NCBI GenBank assembly: GCA_027625225.1
Contig: JAQBWG010000001.1
Coordinates: 1 to 54,807 of the forward strand
Length of the DNA stretch: 54,807 bases
Origin: Chloroflexota bacterium
Lineage (GTDB): Bacteria > Chloroflexota > Dehalococcoidia > Lucifugimonadales > VGZR01
Reading direction: 5' to 3'
The position numbers were made by a program, and so were the translations under genes. Under the pieces are notes generated by a model, which was not told the DNA's origin, searched no databases, and saw nothing but the letters and a program-made list of their open reading frames with translations. This document shows positions 9,756 to 17,809 of this stretch, one piece after another (the stretch's first letter is position 1; every line of letters starts with the position of its first letter).

Positions 9756-10607
9756 CTACTTCCTGATGCCCTGCGAAGCAAGATAATCGTGAAGCCGGGC
9801 CACCACCGCGCTGTTCTCCTCCATGGTGAACCCATCCGCCTTGTACTCGTGCTTCCCGCTCATCCCGTCCACAGCGCCCGAATCAACGAACAGCTTCAGT
9901 AACGCCTGCTCATCTTGTACAGACATAAGCAGGTTTTTCTTTTTTAGTTTGGAGAGCGAAGCGGCGAGGCCATATCCGCCCCAGTTGGAAACGCTGGCGA
10001 TAACCAGCTTGCTCGCTTTGGTGATGCACGGCTTCTCCACCAGCGATTCCGTCTCGTCCACGACCTTTGCCAGGTTTCCCATCCCAATCTCATTGCCGCC
10101 ATCGCCGATGCCTACCGACGGCACGCCGCTACCGAACAAATAGTCCGTTTTGGCGTTGAACTCGGATATATCTTTGCCCCCCATATTCCGGAACTTGCCC
10201 TCGTCCGTAAATCCGCACCGCTCGATAGCGATAATCACCGACGGCTTATGCTTGGCGAGTAACTGCTTGGTGAACGCCTTGCTCTCCGCCTCACCTGCGA
10301 TAGGAAAATCTACAAGCTCCGTCCCGCCCGCTATAGGCCGCATCGCCGGCTCGGTGTACCTATCGGTAACATAGACCACCTTGTAGCCGATGTTTTGCAA
10401 CGCCTTTCCGATGGCCACCGCACCCGGCGGCCCGTCCGTCTCCGTCGCGCCCGCCGTCAGTATCTGGAATCCGGTCACGATGAATGCCGTCCCCGGATTG
10501 TCCAGTACCAGCTCCGCCGCCTGGTCGCAGAAATTCGCGGGCAGGTGTGGCCGCAGCGCCGTGATACCCCGCCGGTCGTTGTCGAGAATGATGTCTTCAA
10601 TCGTCAT
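9756..10607 (-). CDS. DUF4392 (D-glutamate cyclase-like C-terminal domain) protein
   Basis: 283 aa with motifs TETDGPPGA, AIERCG, GIGDGGNEIGMG and SNWGGYGL, recalled as DUF4392. Starts 2 nt after the stop of the upstream DUF1445 gene. Confidence 0.55.
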   Translation of the reverse strand: MTIEDIILDNDRRGITALRPHLPANFCDQAAELVLDNPGTAFIVTGFQILTAGATETDGPPGAVAIGKALQNIGYKVVYVTDRYTEPAMRPIAGGTELVDFPIAGEAESKAFTKQLLAKHKPSVIIAIERCGFTDEGKFRNMGGKDISEFNAKTDYLFGSGVPSVGIGDGGNEIGMGNLAKVVDETESLVEKPCITKASKLVIASVSNWGGYGLAASLSKLKKKNLLMSVQDEQALLKLFVDSGAVDGMSGKHEYKADGFTMEENSAVVARLHDYLASQGIRK

Positions 10608-10609
10608 GG

Positions 10610-11407
10610 CTATATCACCGCGTAATCTTCGTCGCGCTTGTCCGTGATGAACATATACCCCGGCGAGTGGGTAATCATAAGCGACGGCTTCGACTTCATC
10701 GCCACCGCCTGTGGCGTAACCCCGCAGGCCCAGAACACCGGCACCTCGCCCGCCTTGATTTCCGTCGGGTCGCCGAAGTCCGGCTTGCCGATGTCACGGA
10801 TCCCTACCCCCGCAGGGTCGCCGATGTGCACCGGCGCGCCGTGTACCGATGGATACCTCGACGTCACCTGCACCGCCTTGACCACCTTCTCATGTGGGAT
10901 AGGCCGCATGGACACCACCATCGGCCCGGAAAACACCCCGGCTGGAGTGGTGGGAATGTTCGTGATGTACATGGACACGTTGGTGTCTTGCTGAATGTGT
11001 CGCAACTCGATTCCTGAGTTCATCATGGCGTTCTCGAACGAGAAACTGCACCCTAAAAGAAACGAGACGAGGTCGTCCCGCCAGTGCTCACCCAAATCGT
11101 CCACTTCGTCATCCAACACACCGTCGCGGTAGATGCGGTACTTGGGAATGTCGTACCTGATGTCCGCACCCGGCGCGACCAGCTTCGGCTCCGTCTTGCC
11201 CGGTTCTATTACTTCAAGAATAGGACACGGCTTAGAGTTCCGCTGACAAAACAGCAGAAAATCGAAGGCTAGGTCTCTGGGAAGGACAGCCAGGTTCGCT
11301 TGCGCGTAGCCGTTGGCAACCCCTGAGGTCGGCTTTCGGAACTGCCCGTCCCGGATAAGCGCCCTCATCTCTTTCGGCGTATCTGGAAGCGATGTAACGG
11401 TCGCCAT
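10610..11407 (-). CDS. putative hydro-lyase, UPF0317/DUF1445 (D-glutamate cyclase family)
   Basis: 265 aa with the typical N-terminus (R..IR.G.....TSG.A.GY.QANL..LP...A.DF..FC.RN.KPCP). GAAGGAGG lies upstream of the ATG. Confidence 0.8.
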   Translation of the reverse strand: MATVTSLPDTPKEMRALIRDGQFRKPTSGVANGYAQANLAVLPRDLAFDFLLFCQRNSKPCPILEVIEPGKTEPKLVAPGADIRYDIPKYRIYRDGVLDDEVDDLGEHWRDDLVSFLLGCSFSFENAMMNSGIELRHIQQDTNVSMYITNIPTTPAGVFSGPMVVSMRPIPHEKVVKAVQVTSRYPSVHGAPVHIGDPAGVGIRDIGKPDFGDPTEIKAGEVPVFWACGVTPQAVAMKSKPSLMITHSPGYMFITDKRDEDYAVI

Positions 11408-11427
11408 ATCGGCCTCCTTCAGCTACT

Positions 11428-11475
11428 AAAAAGCCGCGTCTTTCGCGATAAGCGTAGCACAGACGCTCCGCGTCT
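11428..11475 (-). terminator. possible terminator or alternative-pairing element downstream of mutS
   Basis: In the minus-sense RNA, GCGUCU can pair with an upstream AGACGC (3-nt loop) or with a downstream AGACGC. The downstream pairing is followed by GGCUUUUU. Short stems. Confidence 0.3.
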
Positions 11476-11488
11476 CCAATGAGCCGGA

Positions 11489-14071
11489 CTAGCCCTTGTC
11501 TTCTCTGGCCTTTTCCTGCAGTTCGTACAGCTTCGTAATCGCTTCTAAGGGCGTCATCGAAGCCACGTCCAGTCCGAGAACCTCCTCGGTAATTGGAGAA
11601 GGCGTTGGCAGCAACGGCAACTGGTCGGGCGGCGGCTGGCCGTCCTTCTTGCCCTTGCCCCGTGAACGCGGCCCAGCCCCGTTTTCCAGGTCTTTCAGCA
11701 CCTCCCAGGCCCGATGGATGACACTGGACGGCAGACCCGCAAGACGGGCCACATGGACGCCATAACTCTTATCTGCACCGCCGGGCACGATACGGTGCAA
11801 AAACACCACCTCGCCCTTGTCCTCGGCCACAGCCACACTCCAATTCGTCACCCGCGGCAGCGCATCCGCCAGCTTCGTAAGCTCGTGATAGTGCGTCGCG
11901 AACAGCGTCTTGCAGCCCAATCTAGGGTGGTTGTGGATATACTCCGCCGTCGCCCGCGCGATAGCCAAGCCGTCGTAGGTGCTGGTGCCGCGTCCGATTT
12001 CATCCAGAATAATCAGGGACCGCGACGTGGCGTGGTTGAGAATCGCCGCCGTCTCCACCATCTCCACCATGAACGTCGACTGGCCCACTGCCACGTCATC
12101 CTGCAGGCCCACGCGGGTGAAGATGCGGTCTACGATGCCGATGGTAGCCGACTCCGCGGGCACGAAGCTGCCGATCTGGGCCATGAGCACGATGATGGCC
12201 ACCTGCCGGATGAAAGTGGACTTGCCTGCCATGTTGGGGCCGGTGAGGATGACAAGCTGGTCGTCCTGATTGGAGAGCCGCGTGTCGTTGGGCACGAAGC
12301 TGCCGGAGGACAGCATCCGCTCCACGACGGGGTGGCGGCCGTGCTTGATGTCTATGGTGTCGCCTTCGTTGAGTTCCGGTCGGACGTAGTTGTTGCGGGA
12401 GGCGACTTCGCCCAGCGACGCGAGTACATCCACCTCGGCGATGGCGGCGGCGGTTTCCAGAATGATGCCCGCCGATTCGGCTATCTGCTGGCAGACCTGG
12501 CGGAAGAGGGCGATTTCAAGTTCGAGGATGCGGTCTTGCGCGGTGAGGACGCGGGACTCGTATTCCTTCATTTCCGGCGTGATGAAGCGCTCGCCGCCGA
12601 CCAGCGTCTGACGGCGGATGTAGTGTTCGGGGGCGTTTTCGGCCTGGGATTTGGAGATTTCGATGTAGTAGCCGAAGACTTTGTTGAAACCGACTTTGAG
12701 GTTTTTGATTCCCGTTGCTTCGCGCTCGCGGGCTTCGAGGCTGGCTATGTAGTCCCGTGCACTTTTTGATGCATTTCGGATGTCGTCAAGCTCCGGAGAA
12801 AATCCAGGTTTGATGCCTCCGCCGTGGGAGATATTCGCCGGGGGGTCGTCTACGACGGCGTTCCCGATTAACGCGATGATGTCCTGGCACACTCTCAGGC
12901 TACGCTCCAATGTTGCCACTTTTGATGCGTCTTCGTCCTCTTTGAGGATGTCTTTAAGATGCGGTACTGATGCCAGTCCGATGCCTAAAGAGACGAGGTC
13001 GCGGGGTGAGGCGGTGAAGCCTCTGATTCGGTTGATGAGCCGTTCGAGGTCGGCGACGTTTTGCAGTTCGGCCTGGACGCGGCCTCGCCTGAGGGTGGAG
13101 CGGTGGAACCATTCGACGCCGTCCTGCCGTTCGAGGAGTGTGTCGAGTTGGAGCAGGGGCTGGCCGAGCCAGCGTCGGAGGAGGCGGCCGCCCATGGGGG
13201 TGCGGGTGTGGTCGAGGACGGAGAGGAGGGAGACGCGGGTGTCGCCCCAGCGCCCGCCCTCGAAAAGCTCGAGGTTGCGGCGGGTCTGGAGGTCGAGGGG
13301 CATATAGGATGTTGTGGAATAGGTGTAGAGGGCGGTTATTTGGCCCAGAGCGGCCTTTTGCTTGCCTTCGAGGTAGTGCAGGACGGCACCGGCGGCGCGG
13401 ACGGCAAGGGGGAGCCCCTGGCAGCCAAAGGCTTCGAGGGATTTCACGCGGAAGTGTTCGAGCAGGCGCTCGCGGGAGAAGTCGGGGTGGAAGGCGGGCG
13501 GCTCGATTGACGTGACGACGGTGTCTTTGGGGGATTCGATGGGGTCGGCGTCCTGGGATACGAGCAGTTCGGCGGGGTTGAGGCGGGACAGCTCGTTGGG
13601 GAGGTTTGCCAGCGGGAACTGGGCGGTGGCGAACTCTGAGGTGGTGATGTCAACGTAGGCGAGTCCGGCGTTATCGCCATCGGTTATGACGGAGGCGAGG
13701 TAGTTGTTGGCGGTCTTGTCGAGGATGGAGTCTTCGATGACGGTACCGGGGGTGACGACGCGGACGACCTCGCGGTCTACCAGGCCCTTGGAGGCGGCGG
13801 GGTCGGAGGTCTGCTCGCAGATGGCGACCTTGTAGCCCTTCTTGATGAGGCGGGCAAGATAGGGGTCGAGGGCGTGGTAGGGGATGCCAGCGAGGGGGAT
13901 GCGGTTGCCCTTGCCCATCTCGCGGGTGGTGAGGGCGATTTCGAGCTCGCAGGCGATGGTGCGGGCGTCGTCGTCGAAGGTTTCGTAGAAGTCGCCCATG
14001 CGGAAGAGCAGTATCTCGCCGGGATGCTGTTTTTTGATGTCGAGGTACTGTTTTCGGGCTGGGGTGGTCAT
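11489..14071 (-). CDS. mutS: DNA mismatch repair protein MutS
   Basis: 860 aa with the N-terminal mismatch-binding motif (GDFYETF), Walker A GPNMAGKST, and STFMVEM. Confidence 0.95.
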   Translation of the reverse strand: MTTPARKQYLDIKKQHPGEILLFRMGDFYETFDDDARTIACELEIALTTREMGKGNRIPLAGIPYHALDPYLARLIKKGYKVAICEQTSDPAASKGLVDREVVRVVTPGTVIEDSILDKTANNYLASVITDGDNAGLAYVDITTSEFATAQFPLANLPNELSRLNPAELLVSQDADPIESPKDTVVTSIEPPAFHPDFSRERLLEHFRVKSLEAFGCQGLPLAVRAAGAVLHYLEGKQKAALGQITALYTYSTTSYMPLDLQTRRNLELFEGGRWGDTRVSLLSVLDHTRTPMGGRLLRRWLGQPLLQLDTLLERQDGVEWFHRSTLRRGRVQAELQNVADLERLINRIRGFTASPRDLVSLGIGLASVPHLKDILKEDEDASKVATLERSLRVCQDIIALIGNAVVDDPPANISHGGGIKPGFSPELDDIRNASKSARDYIASLEAREREATGIKNLKVGFNKVFGYYIEISKSQAENAPEHYIRRQTLVGGERFITPEMKEYESRVLTAQDRILELEIALFRQVCQQIAESAGIILETAAAIAEVDVLASLGEVASRNNYVRPELNEGDTIDIKHGRHPVVERMLSSGSFVPNDTRLSNQDDQLVILTGPNMAGKSTFIRQVAIIVLMAQIGSFVPAESATIGIVDRIFTRVGLQDDVAVGQSTFMVEMVETAAILNHATSRSLIILDEIGRGTSTYDGLAIARATAEYIHNHPRLGCKTLFATHYHELTKLADALPRVTNWSVAVAEDKGEVVFLHRIVPGGADKSYGVHVARLAGLPSSVIHRAWEVLKDLENGAGPRSRGKGKKDGQPPPDQLPLLPTPSPITEEVLGLDVASMTPLEAITKLYELQEKAREDKG

Positions 14072-14182
14072 GGTGGGGGTATTCTACTAAGCGGGGCTGC
14101 GCCCCGCACCCCCAGACGCGGAAGGGCGAGGCCCTTCACCCCGGGACGCGGCAGGATGGGGGGTGGGATGACAAGTCGAGTC

Positions 14183-14704
14183 CTAGGCCCGCGGAAGCCT
14201 AGTGATTTGCATTTCGCTCGTCCATTGATACCAATATCTATTGGTTAGTTGTAATCGTACTTTTGCATACGCTTCAGTTACAGAATCAGGTACGTTCACT
14301 TTCTTGGCATTAAACTCACACATAAATCGGTTTTCAATCATTGTGGGCTTGATAGGGATTGCAGATAGAGCTATGGTCTCGTGCTGAAACGATATTGAAC
14401 ATTCATACTTGTGCCAGTTCGAACGAATCTTTTCTACCGTCCCGTACAGCTTGAGTAAGTTTGCGGGCCTATGTAGTTCCAATGCCCAACCGCTATTGAA
14501 TATCAACGATGTTCGCCGATCATTCCATACTGTGCCTATCATCCATAAAAGCGCTACGAAACAAGCAAGAGCCAAAAAGCAAATAAGAGCCAGCAAGCCA
14601 CGAAACAGCGAGTCGGGCAGCATTATGCCCTGCACTGCAACTAATGCAAGTGCCAATCCAACAAAGGTGGCAAGTAGGCCCGTGACAGCGACAAGTACGC
14701 CCAT
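14183..14704 (-). CDS. hypothetical membrane protein (orphan, low-GC)
   Basis: 173-aa ORF with two clear hydrophobic helices followed by a soluble tail. No SD upstream of the ATG and no family recognised. Sits in a visibly AT-richer patch. Confidence 0.45.
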   Translation of the reverse strand: MGVLVAVTGLLATFVGLALALVAVQGIMLPDSLFRGLLALICFLALACFVALLWMIGTVWNDRRTSLIFNSGWALELHRPANLLKLYGTVEKIRSNWHKYECSISFQHETIALSAIPIKPTMIENRFMCEFNAKKVNVPDSVTEAYAKVRLQLTNRYWYQWTSEMQITRLPRA

Positions 14705-14778
14705 ACGGCGATTCTACTACGAAGCATGGCGTGCCTGTCTGGCTGACTCGTCTAAATCCTCCTTTCCAATCAGAGTCT

Positions 14779-14826
14779 CTGTGTGGTAATGAAAGTGTGT
14801 TGAAACACAAATCCATTACCACACAG
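14779..14826. repeat. long perfect-arm hairpin / inverted repeat
   Basis: CTGTGTGGTAATG (14779-14791) and CATTACCACACAG (14814-14826) are perfect 13-bp reverse complements. The inner TGTGTT/AACACA pairs extend the structure. No flanking T-tract. Confidence 0.6.
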
Positions 14827-14837
14827 TTGAGTGATTG

Positions 14838-14868
14838 CTCATCCTTCGACAGGCTCAGGACGAACGGG
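14838..14868. repeat. REP-like intergenic element (FDRLRTNG / PFVLSLSKDE type)
   Basis: CTCATCCTTCGACAGGCTCAGGACGAACGGG translates as SFDRLRTNG on one strand and PFVLSLSKDE on the other. I recall these peptides from spurious ORFs over a dispersed intergenic repeat in many bacterial genomes. Confidence 0.45.
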
Positions 14869-14924
14869 TTTGAGGCGGAAGGTTGTTGGCTAGGACGGGC
14901 GGTGTGTGGTTGTGGTGGGCCTTT

Positions 14925-14952
14925 AGATTCTTCGCTGCGCCGAGAATGACAG
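14925..14952. repeat. REP-like intergenic element (SSLRRE / HSRRSEES type)
   Basis: AGATTCTTCGCTGCGCCGAGAATGACAG resembles the widely dispersed GATTCTTCGCTGCGCTCAGAATGAC-type repeat. This is from recall and needs a genome-wide copy count. Confidence 0.45.
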
Positions 14953-15144
14953 TGGGAGCGTCGTAGACGGGTGTTAGCTATAAAATACACCGCTATTCCG
15001 AATCCTTTCGTCCTTGCCCATATTTAACTAACCGATTAGTATTGGGCACGCCAGAGGATTCCTCTTTTACGTAGGAATGGGTGACTAGAGGGATGTGTTT
15101 GTGGGGACTGATTATTCCCGTGCACGAAGGAAGGATGCGAAACG

Positions 15145-15966
15145 ATGGCTGAGAAAATCGTAGACGGTTCCACCCCGGAGTACTCCATGGGCTACAGCGA
15201 CGAGTTTCAGCAGCTACTCAAGCGCAGAAGTGCAGAAACGACCGCGGCACATTTAATCCCTCTTCTCAAACCTGGCATGCGTGTACTCGACTTTGGTTGC
15301 GGCCCTGGAACGATATCGGTCGGCCTGGCCAAGGTCGTCGCCCCCGGGGAGCTGCACGGCATCGATCTGGAAGAGTCGCAGGTAAAGTTGGCGCGCGCTG
15401 CGGCGGCAGCTGGCGGGCATGACAACGCTACTTTTCATGTCGCTAATGCGACCAAGCTTCCTTTTGAAGACGATTCGTTCGATGCCGCACACTGTAACGC
15501 CGTTCTCAATCACATCCCTGACACCCAAACCGCACTTGCCGAGGTTAAGCGGGTGCTAAAACCTGGCGGCATCATGTTTTCCCGAGACTGGATTTCGGGC
15601 GCGAACATTTGGTTTCCCCAACCAGGAACACTCGGTTCGGCGTTTGACCTCTTTGGCGCCTTGGTTGAGGCAAGCGATGGACATCCCTACATGGGCAAAG
15701 AACTCAAGAACGAATTCCGTCTAGCCGGCTTTACAGACATAGTTACCTCTGTTTCATACGAAACCTATAGTTCGAGCGAAGACGTCGAGTTTTTTCACGG
15801 TTGGGCGGTAAATTATATATCCCGAATAGCTGAGAGGGTCATCGAACTTGGGCTTGGCGCTCAGAGCGATATCGATGGATATCTGGCATCGCTCGATGAG
15901 TGGAAGAGCCACCCCGGCTCATTTGCGGGCAATCCTTGGGGTCAGGCGATAGGCCACAAGCCGTAA
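15145..15966 (+). CDS. class I SAM-dependent methyltransferase
   Basis: Motif I VLDFGCGPG and post-I and motif II regions. GAAGGAAGGA lies 9 nt upstream of the ATG. Confidence 0.85.
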   Translation: MAEKIVDGSTPEYSMGYSDEFQQLLKRRSAETTAAHLIPLLKPGMRVLDFGCGPGTISVGLAKVVAPGELHGIDLEESQVKLARAAAAAGGHDNATFHVANATKLPFEDDSFDAAHCNAVLNHIPDTQTALAEVKRVLKPGGIMFSRDWISGANIWFPQPGTLGSAFDLFGALVEASDGHPYMGKELKNEFRLAGFTDIVTSVSYETYSSSEDVEFFHGWAVNYISRIAERVIELGLGAQSDIDGYLASLDEWKSHPGSFAGNPWGQAIGHKP

Positions 15967-16203
15967 TCGAGGCTCCCGTTTACCAATTACGTAGAAGGGC
16001 TAAGCCCTCAAGAGGAGATGGGATACGACCGACCGGACAGTTTGAATCCGGCCAGAACGGAGATGTGTAGATGGCTCTTTCGATATGTTTCGTGGGGTGC
16101 GGGGAGTACGCCAAGGATGTTCTCGAACAGATAGACGCGGGTAAGCCGGGCGGGCCGGTGGTAGACGGGAATGCCTCTCACAGTAAAGCGCGGCTAGATT
16201 CTT

Positions 16204-16950
16204 CTATTGAGCGCTCAGTCCGCCGTCAATGATAAGCTCCGAACCTGTCATATACGAGGATTCGTCGGACGCCAGGAATAGCACTCCATACGCAACTTCA
16301 ATCGGGCGTGCCCTTCTGCCGAGGGGATATGCTGCCTTAAACGATTCCAGGTCGGCGGCCTCATACACTTCCTTTAGCATCGTCGTGTCCAATGGCCCGG
16401 GGTGCACGGAGTTCACGCGAATCCTGTCCGGTGCGAATTCAAGGGCCGCTGTCTTGGTAAACATGCGCACCGCGGCTTTTGAGGTGTTGTAGGCTGCCTG
16501 GCTGGGGGAGCCGATGTTTGCCGACACCGACGCGACGTTTACAATCGACCCGCCGCCGTGTTTCTTCATGTGGGGAACAACTTCACGTGTGCCGAGAAAC
16601 ACCCCCGTCGAGTTCACTGCCAGTACTTTGTTCCAAAGGGTCAAATCTGTATCCAGCACTCCTTCGGTGCGCAAGATAGCAGCGTTGTTGACCAAAACAT
16701 CAATCTTTCCAAACTCGCGAAGGGCTGCGTTCACTACGCGCTGCCAGTCGGCCTCGCTCGCCACGTCATGTTTAGTGAAGCTGGCAAGACCGCCTGTGTC
16801 TCTTATAGCGGCGGCTACGTGTTCGCCATCGTCCGCCCTTTGGTCGGTTAGGACGATGCGAGCGCCCTCGCGCGCGAACATTGTGGATATCTCCGCGCCC
16901 AGGCCACGTGCGGCGCCTGTGACGATAGCAACTTTTCCCTTGAGTCTCAT
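16204..16950 (-). CDS. SDR-family oxidoreductase (classical short-chain dehydrogenase)
   Basis: TGAARGLG cofactor motif, NNAA, and the catalytic YNTSK (YxxxK). Confidence 0.9.
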   Translation of the reverse strand: MRLKGKVAIVTGAARGLGAEISTMFAREGARIVLTDQRADDGEHVAAAIRDTGGLASFTKHDVASEADWQRVVNAALREFGKIDVLVNNAAILRTEGVLDTDLTLWNKVLAVNSTGVFLGTREVVPHMKKHGGGSIVNVASVSANIGSPSQAAYNTSKAAVRMFTKTAALEFAPDRIRVNSVHPGPLDTTMLKEVYEAADLESFKAAYPLGRRARPIEVAYGVLFLASDESSYMTGSELIIDGGLSAQ

Positions 16951-17007
16951 GCTGGTTCCTTTTTAAGAGTCGGGAGCGATTACGATATTGGTGTCACTAT
17001 GCTGCCC

Positions 17008-17562
17008 CTATACGGGCGGGCCGGCGAAGGAGCGGAAAGGTTCGGGAACGTAGTCTTCGAGGGCGGGTGCCCAGTCGGCGAGCAGGTCGCGGATGACGGG
17101 GTCGTCCTTTCTGAGCCAGGCGAGGTGACGGAGGGCGTGCTCTACGACCTGGGACACGCCTATGGACGAGGGAGGGGCGGTAGCGCCGCCCCTGGCGAGT
17201 TCGGCACGGCCTACTTCTTCGAGCTTCCAGAACTCCGGGGCGGTTGTGTCGGGCGATACTACGGCGATGTATGTGAGTACCACTTCCTTGTCCACATGCC
17301 GCCAGGAGGTGGAGTGGAGCACGACGGTGTCCAGTCCGAGGTGTTTGGCGGCTTTGACGGCGATGTCTTCGGGTTGCGATTGCGCGGGCCAGGCCACCAT
17401 GAAGGAATCGGCATGTTCAGGGGTGAACGACCAGATCGTGCCGTCCCGGAGCAGGACGGGGAGAATTTCGATGGACTGCATGACGAAGTCGGGCGACCAG
17501 AAGGCCTCGGAGACCGGGCCTGCCAGTCCGTGGATGTCGCCTGACGGTTTGTCTTCAGGCAT
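17008..17562 (-). CDS. hypothetical protein (184 aa)
   Basis: Clean ORF 6 nt downstream of the small ORF below. Contains VLHSTSWRH. No family recognised. Confidence 0.6.
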   Translation of the reverse strand: MPEDKPSGDIHGLAGPVSEAFWSPDFVMQSIEILPVLLRDGTIWSFTPEHADSFMVAWPAQSQPEDIAVKAAKHLGLDTVVLHSTSWRHVDKEVVLTYIAVVSPDTTAPEFWKLEEVGRAELARGGATAPPSSIGVSQVVEHALRHLAWLRKDDPVIRDLLADWAPALEDYVPEPFRSFAGPPV

Positions 17563-17568
17563 GGGTGG

Positions 17569-17739
17569 CTAATCCAGAGGCGTGGCCTGGGACATCACCT
17601 GGTCTTCGGTCAGGTTCTGCTGGTGCGCTTCTTTGCCGTGAGCAGTGACATTGGCGACCACTTCGCTCTTGGCGCCCATGGTGCGCCAGCCGCAAACGCA
17701 GGTGACCTGCCACTGGCGTGGGCTGTCGTTGTCCGACAT
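17569..17739 (-). CDS. small 56-aa protein, DUF1059-like (putative small metal-binding protein)
   Basis: Below the track cutoff. ATG at 17739-17737 has a perfect AAGGAGG 5 nt upstream. Translation: MSDNDSPRQWQVTCVCGWRTMGAKSEVVANVTAHGKEAHQQNLTEDQVMSQATPLD, stop TAG at 17571-17569. A possible TTGACA-N18-TACCTT promoter lies at 17802-17773. Confidence 0.6.
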   Translation of the reverse strand: MSDNDSPRQWQVTCVCGWRTMGAKSEVVANVTAHGKEAHQQNLTEDQVMSQATPLD

Positions 17740-17809
17740 GTGAGCCTCCTTACGCTAGGACGCGATGCGACGAAGGTACCGCTGTTAACGGAGACATGTC
17801 AAGCCGTGC

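Noticed and set aside
14520-14990. 156-aa minus-strand ORF, and 14731..14949 on the plus strand.
   Set aside because: They are assembled from translations of the hairpin and the two REP-like elements (PFVLSLSKDE, HSRRSEESK), and they overlap the orphan ORF start. Classic spurious repeat-derived ORFs.
14072-15144. Interpreting the low-GC patch as a mobile element or genomic island with defined ends.
   Set aside because: No integrase or transposase, no tRNA target, and no terminal direct or inverted repeats bracket the patch. Only a compositional anomaly can be stated.
16071-16232. 53-codon plus-strand ORF, MALSICFVGCGEYAKDVLEQIDAGKPGG..., resembling the N-terminal Rossmann strand-loop of Gfo/Idh/MocA oxidoreductases. 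It could be a gene remnant.
   Set aside because: Only about 20 residues look family-like and the rest is featureless. It also runs into the convergent SDR gene. There is insufficient evidence to call a gene or pseudogene without a database search.
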